DNA of 64,000 bases. Source: Desulfobacterales bacterium (lineage in GTDB: Bacteria; Desulfobacterota; Desulfobacteria; Desulfobacterales; JAFDDL01). The position numbers and the translations under genes were made by a program. The DNA lies in assembly GCA_040235505.1 (NCBI GenBank), contig JBECKW010000059.1, positions 45,019 through 109,018 on the forward strand. The letters are read 5' to 3'. The notes under the pieces were generated by a model. The model was not told the DNA's origin. It ran no database searches and saw only the letters and a list, made by a program, of their open reading frames with translations. How positions within the stretch are numbered: the stretch's first letter is position 1; each line of letters starts with the position of its first letter. Shown one piece after another: positions 28,969 to 38,538 of this stretch.

Positions 28969-29510
28969 TGAGCACTTCCGAACCGTGTACGTTGCCGGGA
29001 GAGGATAAGAGCGGCCTGGTGAAGCTGGTGATGATTGCCGGTCTTGTCGTGATTCTGGACCAGGCCTCCAAGCTCATCGTTTACCATGGGCTCGCACTTT
29101 ATAATGAAATCGTTATCATCCCTGGATTTTTCAGCATCGTTCACTATCAAAATCCCGGCGGGGCTTTCGGTATTCTGGCGGGCACAGGCAATGGTTTTCG
29201 GCAGGTCTTTTTTCTGATCGTGTCCATCCTGGCGCTGGGACTCATATATTATTTCTACCGATCGACGCCAAGATCCCACCGTTTTTTATCGGCAGGATTT
29301 GCGATGATTTTCGGCGGAGCAATCGGGAACCTTCTGGACCGTTTCCGTCTTGGGCAGGTAGTGGATTTTCTCGACGTATACGTGAACGGGTGGCATTGGC
29401 CGGCATTCAATGTGGCAGACAGCGCCATTACCATCGGTATCTGTATTTTTGTGTTACATCTGTTGTTCGGGAAAATGCCGGATAAAATTATCGGTAAAAA
29501 AGAATCGTAA
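28965..29510 (+). CDS. lspA: lipoprotein signal peptidase II
   Basis: 4-nt overlap with ileS. Motifs NPGGAFG, IGNLLDR and FNVADS. Confidence 0.9.
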   Translation: MMSTSEPCTLPGEDKSGLVKLVMIAGLVVILDQASKLIVYHGLALYNEIVIIPGFFSIVHYQNPGGAFGILAGTGNGFRQVFFLIVSILALGLIYYFYRSTPRSHRFLSAGFAMIFGGAIGNLLDRFRLGQVVDFLDVYVNGWHWPAFNVADSAITIGICIFVLHLLFGKMPDKIIGKKES

Positions 29511-29511
29511 C

Positions 29512-30267
29512 ATGCATCCGATTTTATTTAAAATAGGAAATATTACACTATATACGTACGGTCTTTTTGTCGCCCTTGGTTTTTTGACCGCCATATGGCT
29601 TGCACAAACAGAGGCGCGTCGGGTGGGGGTGAATCCCTCCTATACCCTGGACCTTGGATTTTACATGCTCATTGCCGCCATTATCGGGGCGCGCATCTTT
29701 TTCCTGGCAGTCAACCCGGATATCATTGCGGAAAGCCCTTGGGCGATTTTCCAAATCTGGAAGGGCGGACTCGTTTTTTACGGAGGCTTCATTGCCGCAC
29801 TCATTACCGCCATCGTTTATGTGAGAAAAAAAAAGATAGCGTTCATGAGGATAGCAGACATCTTTTCACCTGGTATTGCCGCGGGGCATGCCGTGGGCCG
29901 AATCGGCTGTTTTTTTGCCGGATGCTGCTACGGGAAAGCCTGTGATCTGCCGTGGGCGGTTGTTTTCAAGGATCCGCTGTCACTTGCCCCCACGGGGATA
30001 TATCGTCATCCCACACAGCTATATTCTGTTGCCGGCAATTTCCTGATATTCTTATTTTTATGGTTTTACCGAAAACGCACAACCTATCAGGGACAGCTTT
30101 TCTGGCTCTCTGTTCTTCTTTACGGGTTGGTACGGGCGTTCATAGAGCTTTTCCGGGGAGATCCCCGGGGATTTCTGTTTGACGACGTTTCAGTATCTCA
30201 GGGGATCGGTGTTCTCATGGCCGCTCTGGCCCTGGTGATTTTGATTCGCAAGCGGAAAAGTGCATAG
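29512..30267 (+). CDS. lgt: prolipoprotein diacylglyceryl transferase
   Basis: The conserved N-terminus MHPILFKIGNITLYTYG places the start at ATG 29512. Motifs GRIGCFFAGCCYG and HPTQLY. Confidence 0.9.
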   Translation: MHPILFKIGNITLYTYGLFVALGFLTAIWLAQTEARRVGVNPSYTLDLGFYMLIAAIIGARIFFLAVNPDIIAESPWAIFQIWKGGLVFYGGFIAALITAIVYVRKKKIAFMRIADIFSPGIAAGHAVGRIGCFFAGCCYGKACDLPWAVVFKDPLSLAPTGIYRHPTQLYSVAGNFLIFLFLWFYRKRTTYQGQLFWLSVLLYGLVRAFIELFRGDPRGFLFDDVSVSQGIGVLMAALALVILIRKRKSA

Positions 30268-30289
30268 AAGATTTAAGGATCGTCTCCAT

Positions 30290-31780
30290 ATGCCTGAAAT
30301 CAGTTATAAAGATTTTGACGGCCATTTAGAAACACTGGAGAAAAGCCGAAACGCTCAAAAGCCCCAGGTATATCTTTTTCACGGTGAAGAGCTTCTTTAT
30401 AAAAAAGCGTTTGAATCATTCCTTGACTTCCTCATTCCACTGGAGGATCGGGTCGTAAACTGTGAACCTGTGGACGGCGCCCCAGAGAACATTCGAGAAG
30501 CCGTTAACAGGGCAAACACCTATTCAATGCTTTCCGGGAACAAAATTATCGCGGTCCAGGAATCAAGGATTTTCTATGGGAATCAGGAAAAAGGAAAACT
30601 GCTGGATCAGGCGAAGGAGGCATTTCAACGGGACGACAGGAAAAAAGCCTCAAAATATATCCTGAGTCTTTTGGGAAATCTTCAGCTCCAGCTTGAAGAT
30701 GTCGTTAGTAAAGAGGATCTTTCAGCCCGAATTCCAGACGATGGGGACGGATCGGATACCGGGTGGATTTTAGAAATCCTAGAATTTTGCAGGGAAAACG
30801 GTCTTTCCGTTCCCACGGCCGACCGGCCGGATCAGTTTCTGGAAGCGGCAATTGAAAAGGGATTTCCGGAAGGAAATTATCTGGCGCTCACCACCGATCT
30901 TGTGGACAAACGGCGCAGCCTGTTCAAATGCATAAAGGAAAAAGGCGTTGCGGTGGATTGCTCGGTTCCAAAAGGGGATCGCCGGGCGGACCGATTGATT
31001 CAGGAGGAGGTGCTGAGAAACCGAACCGAGACGATCCTGAGCGCCAGCAAAAAAAGCCTTTCTCCACCGGCCTTTGCTCGTCTATATGAGATGACCGGGT
31101 TTGACCTGAGAACCTTTTCGAACAATCTCGAAAAATTGATTCTGTACATCGGCGACCGATCTGTCATTTTGCCGGAGGATGTGACGGCGGTACTGGAACG
31201 AAGCAGACAGGATCCGATTTACGAGCTGACCGGTGCGTTGTCGGATCGTGATGCGGCGCTGTCGCTGAGGCTTTTGGATTCCCTGCTGCAATCGGGGCTT
31301 CATCCCCTTCAGGTCTTTGCAGCGATCGTCAATCAAACCCGCAAGCTTCTGATCGCCAAATCGTTTATTCGAAGCCCCCAGGGACGCACATGGAAGCCGG
31401 TAATGCCTTACAACGTTTTCACCTCACAAGTGCTTCCCGGCATAACGGATTATGACCGGGAGTTGCTCTCTCTTTTCGAAAGCTGGGAAGACATGCTGAA
31501 TCCGGAGGACCCCGAAGGGGGGGAGGAGAGAGAAAAATCAAGAAAGAAGAAAAAGAAAACCCATGGACAGAAAGTACCGGCGGACTTACTGGTTGCCGCA
31601 AACCCGAAAAACCCCTATCCCATCTACCTGACTCTCAAAAAAGCGGACAACTTCAGCGATCAAGAATTGGCGGAGATCTACGCAAAACTTGGGGATACGG
31701 ATATGAGGATGAAACGAAGCGCCCATGATCCGAAAATCGTCCTCGAAGAGATTATATTAAGGATTTGCAATACACGGTGA
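30290..31780 (+). CDS. holA: DNA polymerase III delta subunit-like protein (long form)
   Basis: N-terminal pattern VYLFHGEELLYK...YSMLSGNKIIAV and a C-terminal helical domain resemble HolA. About 150 aa longer than typical, with an acidic/Lys-rich insert (EEREKSRKKKKK). Confidence 0.6.
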   Translation: MPEISYKDFDGHLETLEKSRNAQKPQVYLFHGEELLYKKAFESFLDFLIPLEDRVVNCEPVDGAPENIREAVNRANTYSMLSGNKIIAVQESRIFYGNQEKGKLLDQAKEAFQRDDRKKASKYILSLLGNLQLQLEDVVSKEDLSARIPDDGDGSDTGWILEILEFCRENGLSVPTADRPDQFLEAAIEKGFPEGNYLALTTDLVDKRRSLFKCIKEKGVAVDCSVPKGDRRADRLIQEEVLRNRTETILSASKKSLSPPAFARLYEMTGFDLRTFSNNLEKLILYIGDRSVILPEDVTAVLERSRQDPIYELTGALSDRDAALSLRLLDSLLQSGLHPLQVFAAIVNQTRKLLIAKSFIRSPQGRTWKPVMPYNVFTSQVLPGITDYDRELLSLFESWEDMLNPEDPEGGEEREKSRKKKKKTHGQKVPADLLVAANPKNPYPIYLTLKKADNFSDQELAEIYAKLGDTDMRMKRSAHDPKIVLEEIILRICNTR

Positions 31781-31824
31781 AACCCCTGTCTTTTCGAAGA
31801 ATGGGGCCGTTCGATTTTTATGTT

Positions 31825-31853
31825 TTGAACCATTTGCGATAACATGTTTATAT
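31825..31853 (+). promoter_or_regulatory. sigma-70-like promoter TTGAAC-N17-TTATAT upstream of pyk
   Basis: Hexamers read directly. Confidence 0.35.
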
Positions 31854-31876
31854 CGGGAATCTGTGGAGAAAAAGGA

Positions 31877-33280
31877 ATGCCAAAAACCAAAATCATCTGC
31901 ACCATCGGTCCCTCCAGCGACTCAGCGGAAGGCATCCAAAACTTGATCCAAAACGGAATGAACGTGGCGCGCCTCAATTTTTCGCATGGAACCCTGTCGG
32001 AGCATCAGGAGAAAATTCGTCTGATTCGTTCCTTTTCAAAGGAAATGGACAAGCCGGTAGCAATTTTACAGGATTTATGCGGACCGAAAATAAGGGTAGG
32101 GGAGGTGCCTTCATCCGGAATTCGCCTGGTGCCGGGGCAAACCTTTTCCCTCACCGGTACCGATGTGGAAGGGTCTGAAGACCGGGTATCCGTGTCCTAT
32201 ACGGAACTCGCCGGTGATGTAAAAATCGGAGACCGGATTCTTCTGGCAGATGGGCTTATGGAACTCGTTGTGGAAAGGATCCAGGGAAAGGATATCGCTT
32301 GTAAGGTCGTTACGGGCGGAGTTCTGACATCCCACAAAGGAGTGAATCTGCCCGACAGATCCCTCAATGTCCGGTCGCTTACTGAAAAGGATGTAACGGA
32401 CCTGATGTTCGGTCTTGAGCATGGTGTCGATTTTGTCGCGCTTTCTTTTGTGCGTACCGCTGAAGAAATAGCCCATGTGAAGGAGTTGATCAAAGATGCC
32501 GGTCATAAGGTTCCGGTCATTGCGAAGATAGAAAAGCATGAAGCCGTTTCAAACATTGATTCCATCATGGCGGCTGCCGACGCCATCATGGTGGCCCGGG
32601 GGGATTTAGGGGTGGAAATACCGCTGGAAACGGTTCCGGGTATTCAGAAGATGCTAGTGAAACGGGCGGGAAATATCGGGAAGCCGGTCATTATCGCCAC
32701 TCAGATGCTTCGCTCTATGGTGGAATCCCCCAGACCCACCCGTGCCGAGGCGGCGGACGTGGCCAATGCGGTATATGAAGGCGCAGATGCAGTGATGCTT
32801 TCCGAAGAGACCGCCAGCGGATCTTTTCCGGACCAGGCAGTTGCATTCATGAGGAAAATCGCCACCAGCGCTGAAAATGATTTCCGGCACGAAAAATATC
32901 TTGAACCGCTTTTGGAAAAGGATGTGTCCGCATCCGTAGCCTACGCTGCTTGCGTATTGGCGGATCACCTGGATGCTAAGGCAATTATCGCCACCACGAG
33001 ATCCGGAGCAACGGCAAGAAATATCGCCCGCTTCCGCCCACGTCCAAAACTCATCGCCTTGTCTCCGGATGCGGAGACCGTTCGGCAGTTGTCCCTGGTT
33101 TGGGGATGCATCCCTTGCTGTGTCCGGGAAACGCCGGATACAGACGAAAAGATCGAAAATGCCGCAAGGGCTGCCTTGGAAGCCGGATTGGTGGCCAACG
33201 GTGATCTGGTGGTCATTACGGCAGGTCACCCGGAATACCGGGAGGGGACAACGAACATGATTCAGGTAAAAAGGTTATAA
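31877..33280 (+). CDS. pyk: pyruvate kinase
   Basis: MPKTKIICTIGPSS, MNVARLNFSHG, MVARGDLGVEIP. Confidence 0.95.
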   Translation: MPKTKIICTIGPSSDSAEGIQNLIQNGMNVARLNFSHGTLSEHQEKIRLIRSFSKEMDKPVAILQDLCGPKIRVGEVPSSGIRLVPGQTFSLTGTDVEGSEDRVSVSYTELAGDVKIGDRILLADGLMELVVERIQGKDIACKVVTGGVLTSHKGVNLPDRSLNVRSLTEKDVTDLMFGLEHGVDFVALSFVRTAEEIAHVKELIKDAGHKVPVIAKIEKHEAVSNIDSIMAAADAIMVARGDLGVEIPLETVPGIQKMLVKRAGNIGKPVIIATQMLRSMVESPRPTRAEAADVANAVYEGADAVMLSEETASGSFPDQAVAFMRKIATSAENDFRHEKYLEPLLEKDVSASVAYAACVLADHLDAKAIIATTRSGATARNIARFRPRPKLIALSPDAETVRQLSLVWGCIPCCVRETPDTDEKIENAARAALEAGLVANGDLVVITAGHPEYREGTTNMIQVKRL

Positions 33281-33724
33281 TTAGAGTATATACGGAACCT
33301 TGGTATTGTACCCCTTATACACCACAAATGTCTCGACAGATTGGACGTCCTTCAGTTTGGAGACTTCATTGGTGTAGAATTCAAGAAGACCAAAATCCTC
33401 CTTCAGCAGCACCGTGACGATCAGATCGAACCTTCCGGTGACGACGCATACCGAGACAACGCCCCGAAGCCGGCTGAATTCTTCGCCTTTGTTGACAAGA
33501 TCCATGGTGTCAAGCTTTACACCGACCAGTACCAGTTGATGTCTGGGAAGCGCCTCGGGATCCACCAGGCCTGCGATGTCGAGGATTCCGTCCTCGATCA
33601 TTTTGGCGACCCTCGATCTCACCGTGTTTTCGGAGAGAGAAAGTTCGCTGGCAATGGCATTAAAAGATTTACGGCCTTCTTTCAGATGTTTGATGATTTC
33701 AATGTTGGTTCCTGTCATTTTCAT
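33281..33724 (-). CDS. Lrp/AsnC family transcriptional regulator
   Basis: N-terminal HTH (ELSLSENTVRSRVAKM) plus a C-terminal RAM/AsnC domain, 147 aa. Confidence 0.85.
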   Translation of the reverse strand: MKMTGTNIEIIKHLKEGRKSFNAIASELSLSENTVRSRVAKMIEDGILDIAGLVDPEALPRHQLVLVGVKLDTMDLVNKGEEFSRLRGVVSVCVVTGRFDLIVTVLLKEDFGLLEFYTNEVSKLKDVQSVETFVVYKGYNTKVPYIL

Positions 33725-33811
33725 ATGAATATCGGCTCCTCTATGAGAAAATAGTCAACCTGATTTAAGCAAGATACCGGCGTTTGTCAATGAAATCATA
33801 GAGGTTTTAAA

Positions 33812-34021
33812 TCATCCATTATCCTCCACCATTCCCTGGTGAAACAAGGTGTGGTGAAAACTCAGGATGGTGGATTCCTGACCGCACATGTTACCGAACC
33901 GGGTGGGCGTTCCGAAGATGCTGCCATCCGCAGATGCCAAATCGTCGACCGTTGCAACCGGAATATCCGCCATCGCCTTTCGGGATAAGGCATCCGGACG
34001 GTTTGTCAAAAAGCTGGTCAT
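33812..34021 (-). pseudogene. wrbA (NAD(P)H:quinone oxidoreductase, flavodoxin-like) relic, 69 codons
   Basis: Contains [30 protein letters not shown] followed directly by [17 protein letters not shown]. These are two WrbA blocks joined by an apparent in-frame deletion. The N-terminal flavodoxin loop and the C-terminal third are missing. The ATG overlaps the lipA stop (ATGA). Confidence 0.5.
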
Positions 34022-34890
34022 GGATCCGTAGACTGTTTGAAAAGCTCTCGTGCATGATAGGAGCTGCGGACAAAGGGGCCGCTGGCGACCTGCTGAAATC
34101 CGAGATTGAGTGCCTCGAGGCGCCATTTTTCAAAAGTCTCAGGTGAAATGAAGCGGTCCACGGGAAGATGATTTCGGGTCGGCTGCAAGTACTGCCCCAA
34201 TGTCAGCAGACGGCAGTTCACAGATCGAAGATCTTTCAGCGTCTGCCGAAGGTCGTTATCCGATTCGCCGATTCCCAGCATCAGTCCTGATTTGGTGGGG
34301 ATGTCCGGCCGATAGGATGCCGCCTGTTCGAGAAGCGCCAGAGAGCGTGTGTAAAATGCCTGGGGACGGACCTTTTCATAAAGGCAGGCCGCGGTCTCCA
34401 GATTATGATTGAGCACATCCGGTCCGGCGGATAGAACGGTCCGGAGCGCTTCAGAATCTCCCTGAAAGTCAGGAATCAGTACTTCCACGGACGCACCGGG
34501 AATGACTTCGCGTATTCTTTTGACGGTTTCTGCAAAATGAGCTGCGCCGCCGTCGGAAAGATCATCCCGGGTAACCGAAGTCACGACAACATAATCCAAC
34601 CCCATTTTGCCGGCCGATGCGGCGACTCTGACAGGTTCTTCCGGATCAGGCGGAAACGTTGGCCCATGGGATATGGCGCAAAATCTGCACGAACGGGTGC
34701 ATTGATCTCCCAGTATCAGAAATGTCGCGGTTTTCCGGGAAAAACATTCCCAAATATTCGGACAGCAGGCCTCCTGACAGACGGTATGAAGGCGGTCGCA
34801 AAGAAGCTCTTCCCGAAGTGCCTCAAATGACGGACCGGTGGGAAGGCGCCGGGTAAGCCAGGGCGGTTTTTTTAGCTTGTTTTCAATAAT
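34018..34890 (-). CDS. lipA: lipoyl synthase (radical SAM)
   Basis: The frame is open from 34929. Upstream of the ORF-track ATG (34605) it encodes [23 protein letters not shown] (CX4CX5C) and CTRSCRFC (CX3CX2C). That region has no ATG/GTG/TTG, so I propose an ATT start at 34890 or 34887, with AAGGA 6 nt upstream. The start coordinate is uncertain. Confidence 0.85.
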   Translation of the reverse strand: MIENKLKKPPWLTRRLPTGPSFEALREELLCDRLHTVCQEACCPNIWECFSRKTATFLILGDQCTRSCRFCAISHGPTFPPDPEEPVRVAASAGKMGLDYVVVTSVTRDDLSDGGAAHFAETVKRIREVIPGASVEVLIPDFQGDSEALRTVLSAGPDVLNHNLETAACLYEKVRPQAFYTRSLALLEQAASYRPDIPTKSGLMLGIGESDNDLRQTLKDLRSVNCRLLTLGQYLQPTRNHLPVDRFISPETFEKWRLEALNLGFQQVASGPFVRSSYHARELFKQSTDP

Positions 34891-35576
34891 GTGCCATCCT
34901 TTAATCGTTGAGAAGAAACGGCGTGAAGTTCAATGCGGAAAATATCTTCGAGATGACACTTCAGCGCCTTTTTAGCGTCGCTTACCGAAACGCAACTATC
35001 GGACTCCCTGTCCAGGGAGGTTACCTCTATGTCCGTAAGGCCGCAAGGGTGAATCCATCCGAAGGGCTCCAAGGAAAGTTTTACGTTCAGTGCAATCCCG
35101 TGGTAGGAAACGCCGCGCCGAACCGCAATGCCGATAAATCCCATTTTTTTCCCCCCGACCCACACGCCGTGGTTCCGAGGGTCTCTGGCAGCGCAAACCC
35201 CGAAATCGGCGGCCGTCCGGATCATGGCCTCTTCCAGTTTTTCAACAAAACCGGCAATCCCGCTGCAAGCGTTTTTCAAATGAATGATGGGGTATAATAC
35301 CAGTTGCCCGGGGCCGTGAAAGGTGATGTCACCGCCGCGCTCGATATGAATGAGCCCGATGCCGGTTTCGGATAAAAAAGTCGGGGGAACTTTCAAATTA
35401 TCCAGGTTCCCTCTTCTGCCGAGGGTGAAGACCGAAGGGTGCTCCAGAACCAAAACAGCGTCCCGATCCAGTTTTCCTGTAGCTCTGGCCTCGAGTACCT
35501 GCAGCTGAAGTGAATGGGCCTGCTGAAAATCCATCAAACCGAGATCTGAAAACCAACAGGGACGGGGAACACTCAT
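34872..35576 (-). CDS. lipB: octanoyltransferase (lipoyl(octanoyl) transferase)
   Basis: Motifs LEHPSVFTLGR, RGGDITFHGPGQLV, KKMGFIGI. Confidence 0.9.
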   Translation of the reverse strand: MSVPRPCWFSDLGLMDFQQAHSLQLQVLEARATGKLDRDAVLVLEHPSVFTLGRRGNLDNLKVPPTFLSETGIGLIHIERGGDITFHGPGQLVLYPIIHLKNACSGIAGFVEKLEEAMIRTAADFGVCAARDPRNHGVWVGGKKMGFIGIAVRRGVSYHGIALNVKLSLEPFGWIHPCGLTDIEVTSLDRESDSCVSVSDAKKALKCHLEDIFRIELHAVSSQRLKDGTLLKTS

Positions 35577-35918
35577 GGAAGCCCTTTCAGTAATTGAAGC
35601 TCATGGAGCTCTTTCATGTTGGAAGTTCCTTTCTGCTGAACTCGGAGCACAGTTAGGGTCGTTTCAGTTCAAATATTTCGATGTGTCGAAAAGTGCTTCT
35701 GTCATTTTGTTAGCCGGGATTGCCGCGACGGGTCAAGTAAAAAACCAATCGTGCGGGTTCCGAGAAACGGCATCATCTAAACCCTCAATTCATCGATGTT
35801 CTGTAGAATTATTTTAAGTAAGCCGAACGAATCGCTTGAAAAACCGAGACCGCTCTGATAGGTGGGAGCAGGGTTAAAAACCCTTTCTACAGGACCAATG
35901 GTTAAAACAGGAGGCCTT

Positions 35919-36956
35919 ATGATCCGAGTCGGAGTTGTTGGCGCAACCGGATATGCCGGCGCGGAACTGGTAAGAATACTATCAGGACATCCAGACGTAG
36001 ATCTGACGACTCTGGTGTCGCGCCAATATGCCGGGGTCGGTTTTGATACTGTATATCCGTCGCTAACAGGGATCGTTTCGAAAACATGTGAGCCGCTGGT
36101 GCTGTCGAACCTGTGCGACAAGGCCGATTTTATCTTTCTGGCGCTTCCCCACAAAGTGCCCATGAGTATTGTTCCCGATCTCCTGGAACGGGGAAAAAGA
36201 GTTGTGGATCTTTCCGCCGATTTCAGATTTCGCAATGCCGACGCCTATGAAGCCCATTACCAGGCACACACGTCCAAAGACCTGCTCAAAAAATCGGTGT
36301 ACGGACTGAGCGAAGTGTTTCAGGAATACATTAAGGACGCAGATCTTATCGGCAACCCGGGGTGTTATCCCACCAGTATTCTGATGCCCCTGCTGCCGCT
36401 GGTGAAGAACAACCTGGTGGATTGCGCCACCCTCGTTGCCGACGCCAAATCCGGTGTCAGCGGCGCAGGCAGATCCCCATCAATCCCGACCCAATACTGT
36501 GAGGTGACCGAATCCTTCAAGGCATATAAGGTTGCGTCACATCGTCATAATCCGGAAATCGACGAGGTTTTGAGCGACTCGGCCCAACAGTCGGTTCACG
36601 TCACCTTCGTCCCGCATTTAATTCCCATGTCCAGAGGGATGCTCTCAACGATCTATGCCGGTCTTTCAAAGGGGGTGGGCAGGGACGAGATCATGGAATG
36701 TCTCGGGAATTTTTATGGCGACAAGCCTTTTATTCGACTTTATGACGAAGACCGGATGCCTGAAACACGATTCGTCCGGGGGACGAATTATTGCGATATC
36801 GGCTGTCGGGTTGATCCGGAAAACAGAAGACTGATTATTGTTTCCGCCATCGACAACCTGGTAAAGGGCGCTGCCGGCCAAGCAGTACAAAATATGAATA
36901 TCATGACGGGACTTGATGAAACCGCCGGCCTGAATCAAACACCCTTTCCCGTCTGA
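35919..36956 (+). CDS. argC: N-acetyl-gamma-glutamyl-phosphate reductase
   Basis: CAGGAGG SD before ATG 35919. Motifs MIRVGVVGATGYAG, GNPGCYPT, DAKSGVSGAG. Confidence 0.95.
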   Translation: MIRVGVVGATGYAGAELVRILSGHPDVDLTTLVSRQYAGVGFDTVYPSLTGIVSKTCEPLVLSNLCDKADFIFLALPHKVPMSIVPDLLERGKRVVDLSADFRFRNADAYEAHYQAHTSKDLLKKSVYGLSEVFQEYIKDADLIGNPGCYPTSILMPLLPLVKNNLVDCATLVADAKSGVSGAGRSPSIPTQYCEVTESFKAYKVASHRHNPEIDEVLSDSAQQSVHVTFVPHLIPMSRGMLSTIYAGLSKGVGRDEIMECLGNFYGDKPFIRLYDEDRMPETRFVRGTNYCDIGCRVDPENRRLIIVSAIDNLVKGAAGQAVQNMNIMTGLDETAGLNQTPFPV

Positions 36957-37001
36957 TGAGTTGATTGTTTTGGTATTTGCAGTACCTTGATATACGTTAA
37001 T

Positions 37002-37031
37002 AATGCTAACGAATGCTAACGAATGCTAACG
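37002..37031. repeat. three exact tandem copies of the 10-mer AATGCTAACG
   Basis: Read directly at 37002-11, 37012-21 and 37022-31. Ends 24 nt before the folD ATG. Confidence 0.9.
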
Positions 37032-37054
37032 ACTGCCAAAAAAGGAGACCTAAA

Positions 37055-37963
37055 ATGACAGCAAAACTTATCATGGGGACTGAAATTCGAGAAGAAATCC
37101 TGGAAGAAATCAGCGCCGAGGTTAAAGAAATCAAGGAAAAACACGGAATGGTTCCAGGGCTTGTAACCATCCTGGTGGGTGAAAATCCAGCTTCGATTTC
37201 GTATGTGACGCTCAAAATCAAAACAGCACACCGCGTCGGATTCAAGGAAATCCAGGACAGCCAGCCGGTGGACATATCCGAAGCGGATCTTCTGGCATTG
37301 ATCGATAAGTATAACAAGGATGATTCCATCCACGGGATTCTGGTTCAATTACCGCTTCCCAAGCATATCAACGAAAAGAAAGTGCTGAATGCTATCGACC
37401 CGGACAAGGATGTCGACGGCTTTCACCCGGTCAATGTCGGCCGTCTGATGATCGGTGGCTCTGAAGTAAAGTTTCCTCCCTGTACTCCCGCCGGCATTCA
37501 GGAAATGATCGTCAGATCCGGTCAGGAGACCAAAGGCGCGGAAGTCGTGGTGGTGGGACGTTCCAATATCGTCGGCAAACCGATTGCCAATATGATGCTT
37601 CAGAAGGGCCCGGGAGCCAACTCCACCGTCACGGTTGTTCATACCGGCACCAAAGATCTTGCCTTCCATTGCAAACGGGCGGATATCCTGATCGTCGCCG
37701 CCGGGGTGCCGGGTCTCGTAAAACCGGAATGGATCAAGCCGGGCGCCTGTGTCATCGATGTCGGTGTCAATCGTGTAGGGGAAAAGATAAGTGAAAAAAC
37801 GGGGAAAAAAATTGCGATACTCAAGGGTGATGTGGATTTCGATGCCGCCAAGGAAATTGCCGGTTCCATTACGCCTGTCCCCGGAGGTGTCGGTCCCATG
37901 ACGATTACAATGCTCATGAAAAACACCCTGCGGTCTTTGAAATTCAAATTGGGAATTGATTAA
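37055..37963 (+). CDS. folD: bifunctional methylene-THF dehydrogenase / methenyl-THF cyclohydrolase
   Basis: AAAGGAGA SD before ATG 37055. Motifs LVGENPASISYV, VQLPLP, GRSNIVGKP, PGGVGPMT. Confidence 0.95.
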   Translation: MTAKLIMGTEIREEILEEISAEVKEIKEKHGMVPGLVTILVGENPASISYVTLKIKTAHRVGFKEIQDSQPVDISEADLLALIDKYNKDDSIHGILVQLPLPKHINEKKVLNAIDPDKDVDGFHPVNVGRLMIGGSEVKFPPCTPAGIQEMIVRSGQETKGAEVVVVGRSNIVGKPIANMMLQKGPGANSTVTVVHTGTKDLAFHCKRADILIVAAGVPGLVKPEWIKPGACVIDVGVNRVGEKISEKTGKKIAILKGDVDFDAAKEIAGSITPVPGGVGPMTITMLMKNTLRSLKFKLGID

Positions 37964-38000
37964 GACACATTATCTCATCGAACCGGATGAAATTGTATGA

Positions 38001-38026
38001 AAGGGAGTGGAGACGCTCCCTTTTTT
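38001..38026 (+). terminator. rho-independent terminator after folD
   Basis: AAGGGAG-TGGAGACG-CTCCCTT followed by a T-run. Confidence 0.7.
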
Positions 38027-38311
38027 ATTCGGATCGGTTTCCAAGTGCTTTAAAAGATAAAATATTTCCTCTCTCCCGTGAACGAATGAATGTACACAGT
38101 CATGCAAGCTCGTTTTAAAAAATATATACGTTATGTCAAAAAAATGGCACGGTAGATGGTCTGCTGTTTAAAAACAAAAAAAACATCGAGGCGCCATGGA
38201 ACCGTAGGGTCCTATAACAAACTGTAATTTAATGTATTATCTAATGCGTCACATATGACCAAACAGCGACGAAGAATCATTCCTTACATTTTCGGCGTGT
38301 TGGATGTTATT

Positions 38312-38327
38312 TGGTACTAAATTTGCT
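38312..38327 (+). promoter_or_regulatory. sigma-54-type motif TGGTAC-TAAAT-TTGCT upstream of the M23 peptidase gene
   Basis: GG/GC spacing is canonical. Lies about 210 nt upstream of the gene start, within a 575-bp AT-rich spacer. Confidence 0.3.
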
Positions 38328-38538
38328 GCATGTAATTGCCGATAGGTTTGTAAACTGCGGACGTTATTTCTTTAAAAATTTGCGCTATTGACATTGGGGA
38401 GGAATTTGTGCTAAGCGACTTCGGGATTATCCGGTTCAACTTGGAACGTGTTGATTACAGCGCTCTATGTGGGGATTATCCTTGTGATCGCAGTTACTTA
38501 ACCATGATCATATATAAACATTCTTCAAGACGGAACTG

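Noticed and set aside
28407-29279. 290-aa ORF on the minus strand
   Set aside because: It is antisense to the ileS/lspA junction and has no motifs.
35575-35817. 80-aa ORF in the lipB-argC divergent region
   Set aside because: Its ATG overlaps the lipB start on the opposite strand. It has no SD and no recognisable domain, so the region is better explained as promoter DNA.
38146-38162. TGGCAC motif as a sigma-54 promoter; a similar TGGCAC occurs at about 8527
   Set aside because: The -12 GC element is missing at the required spacing in both cases.
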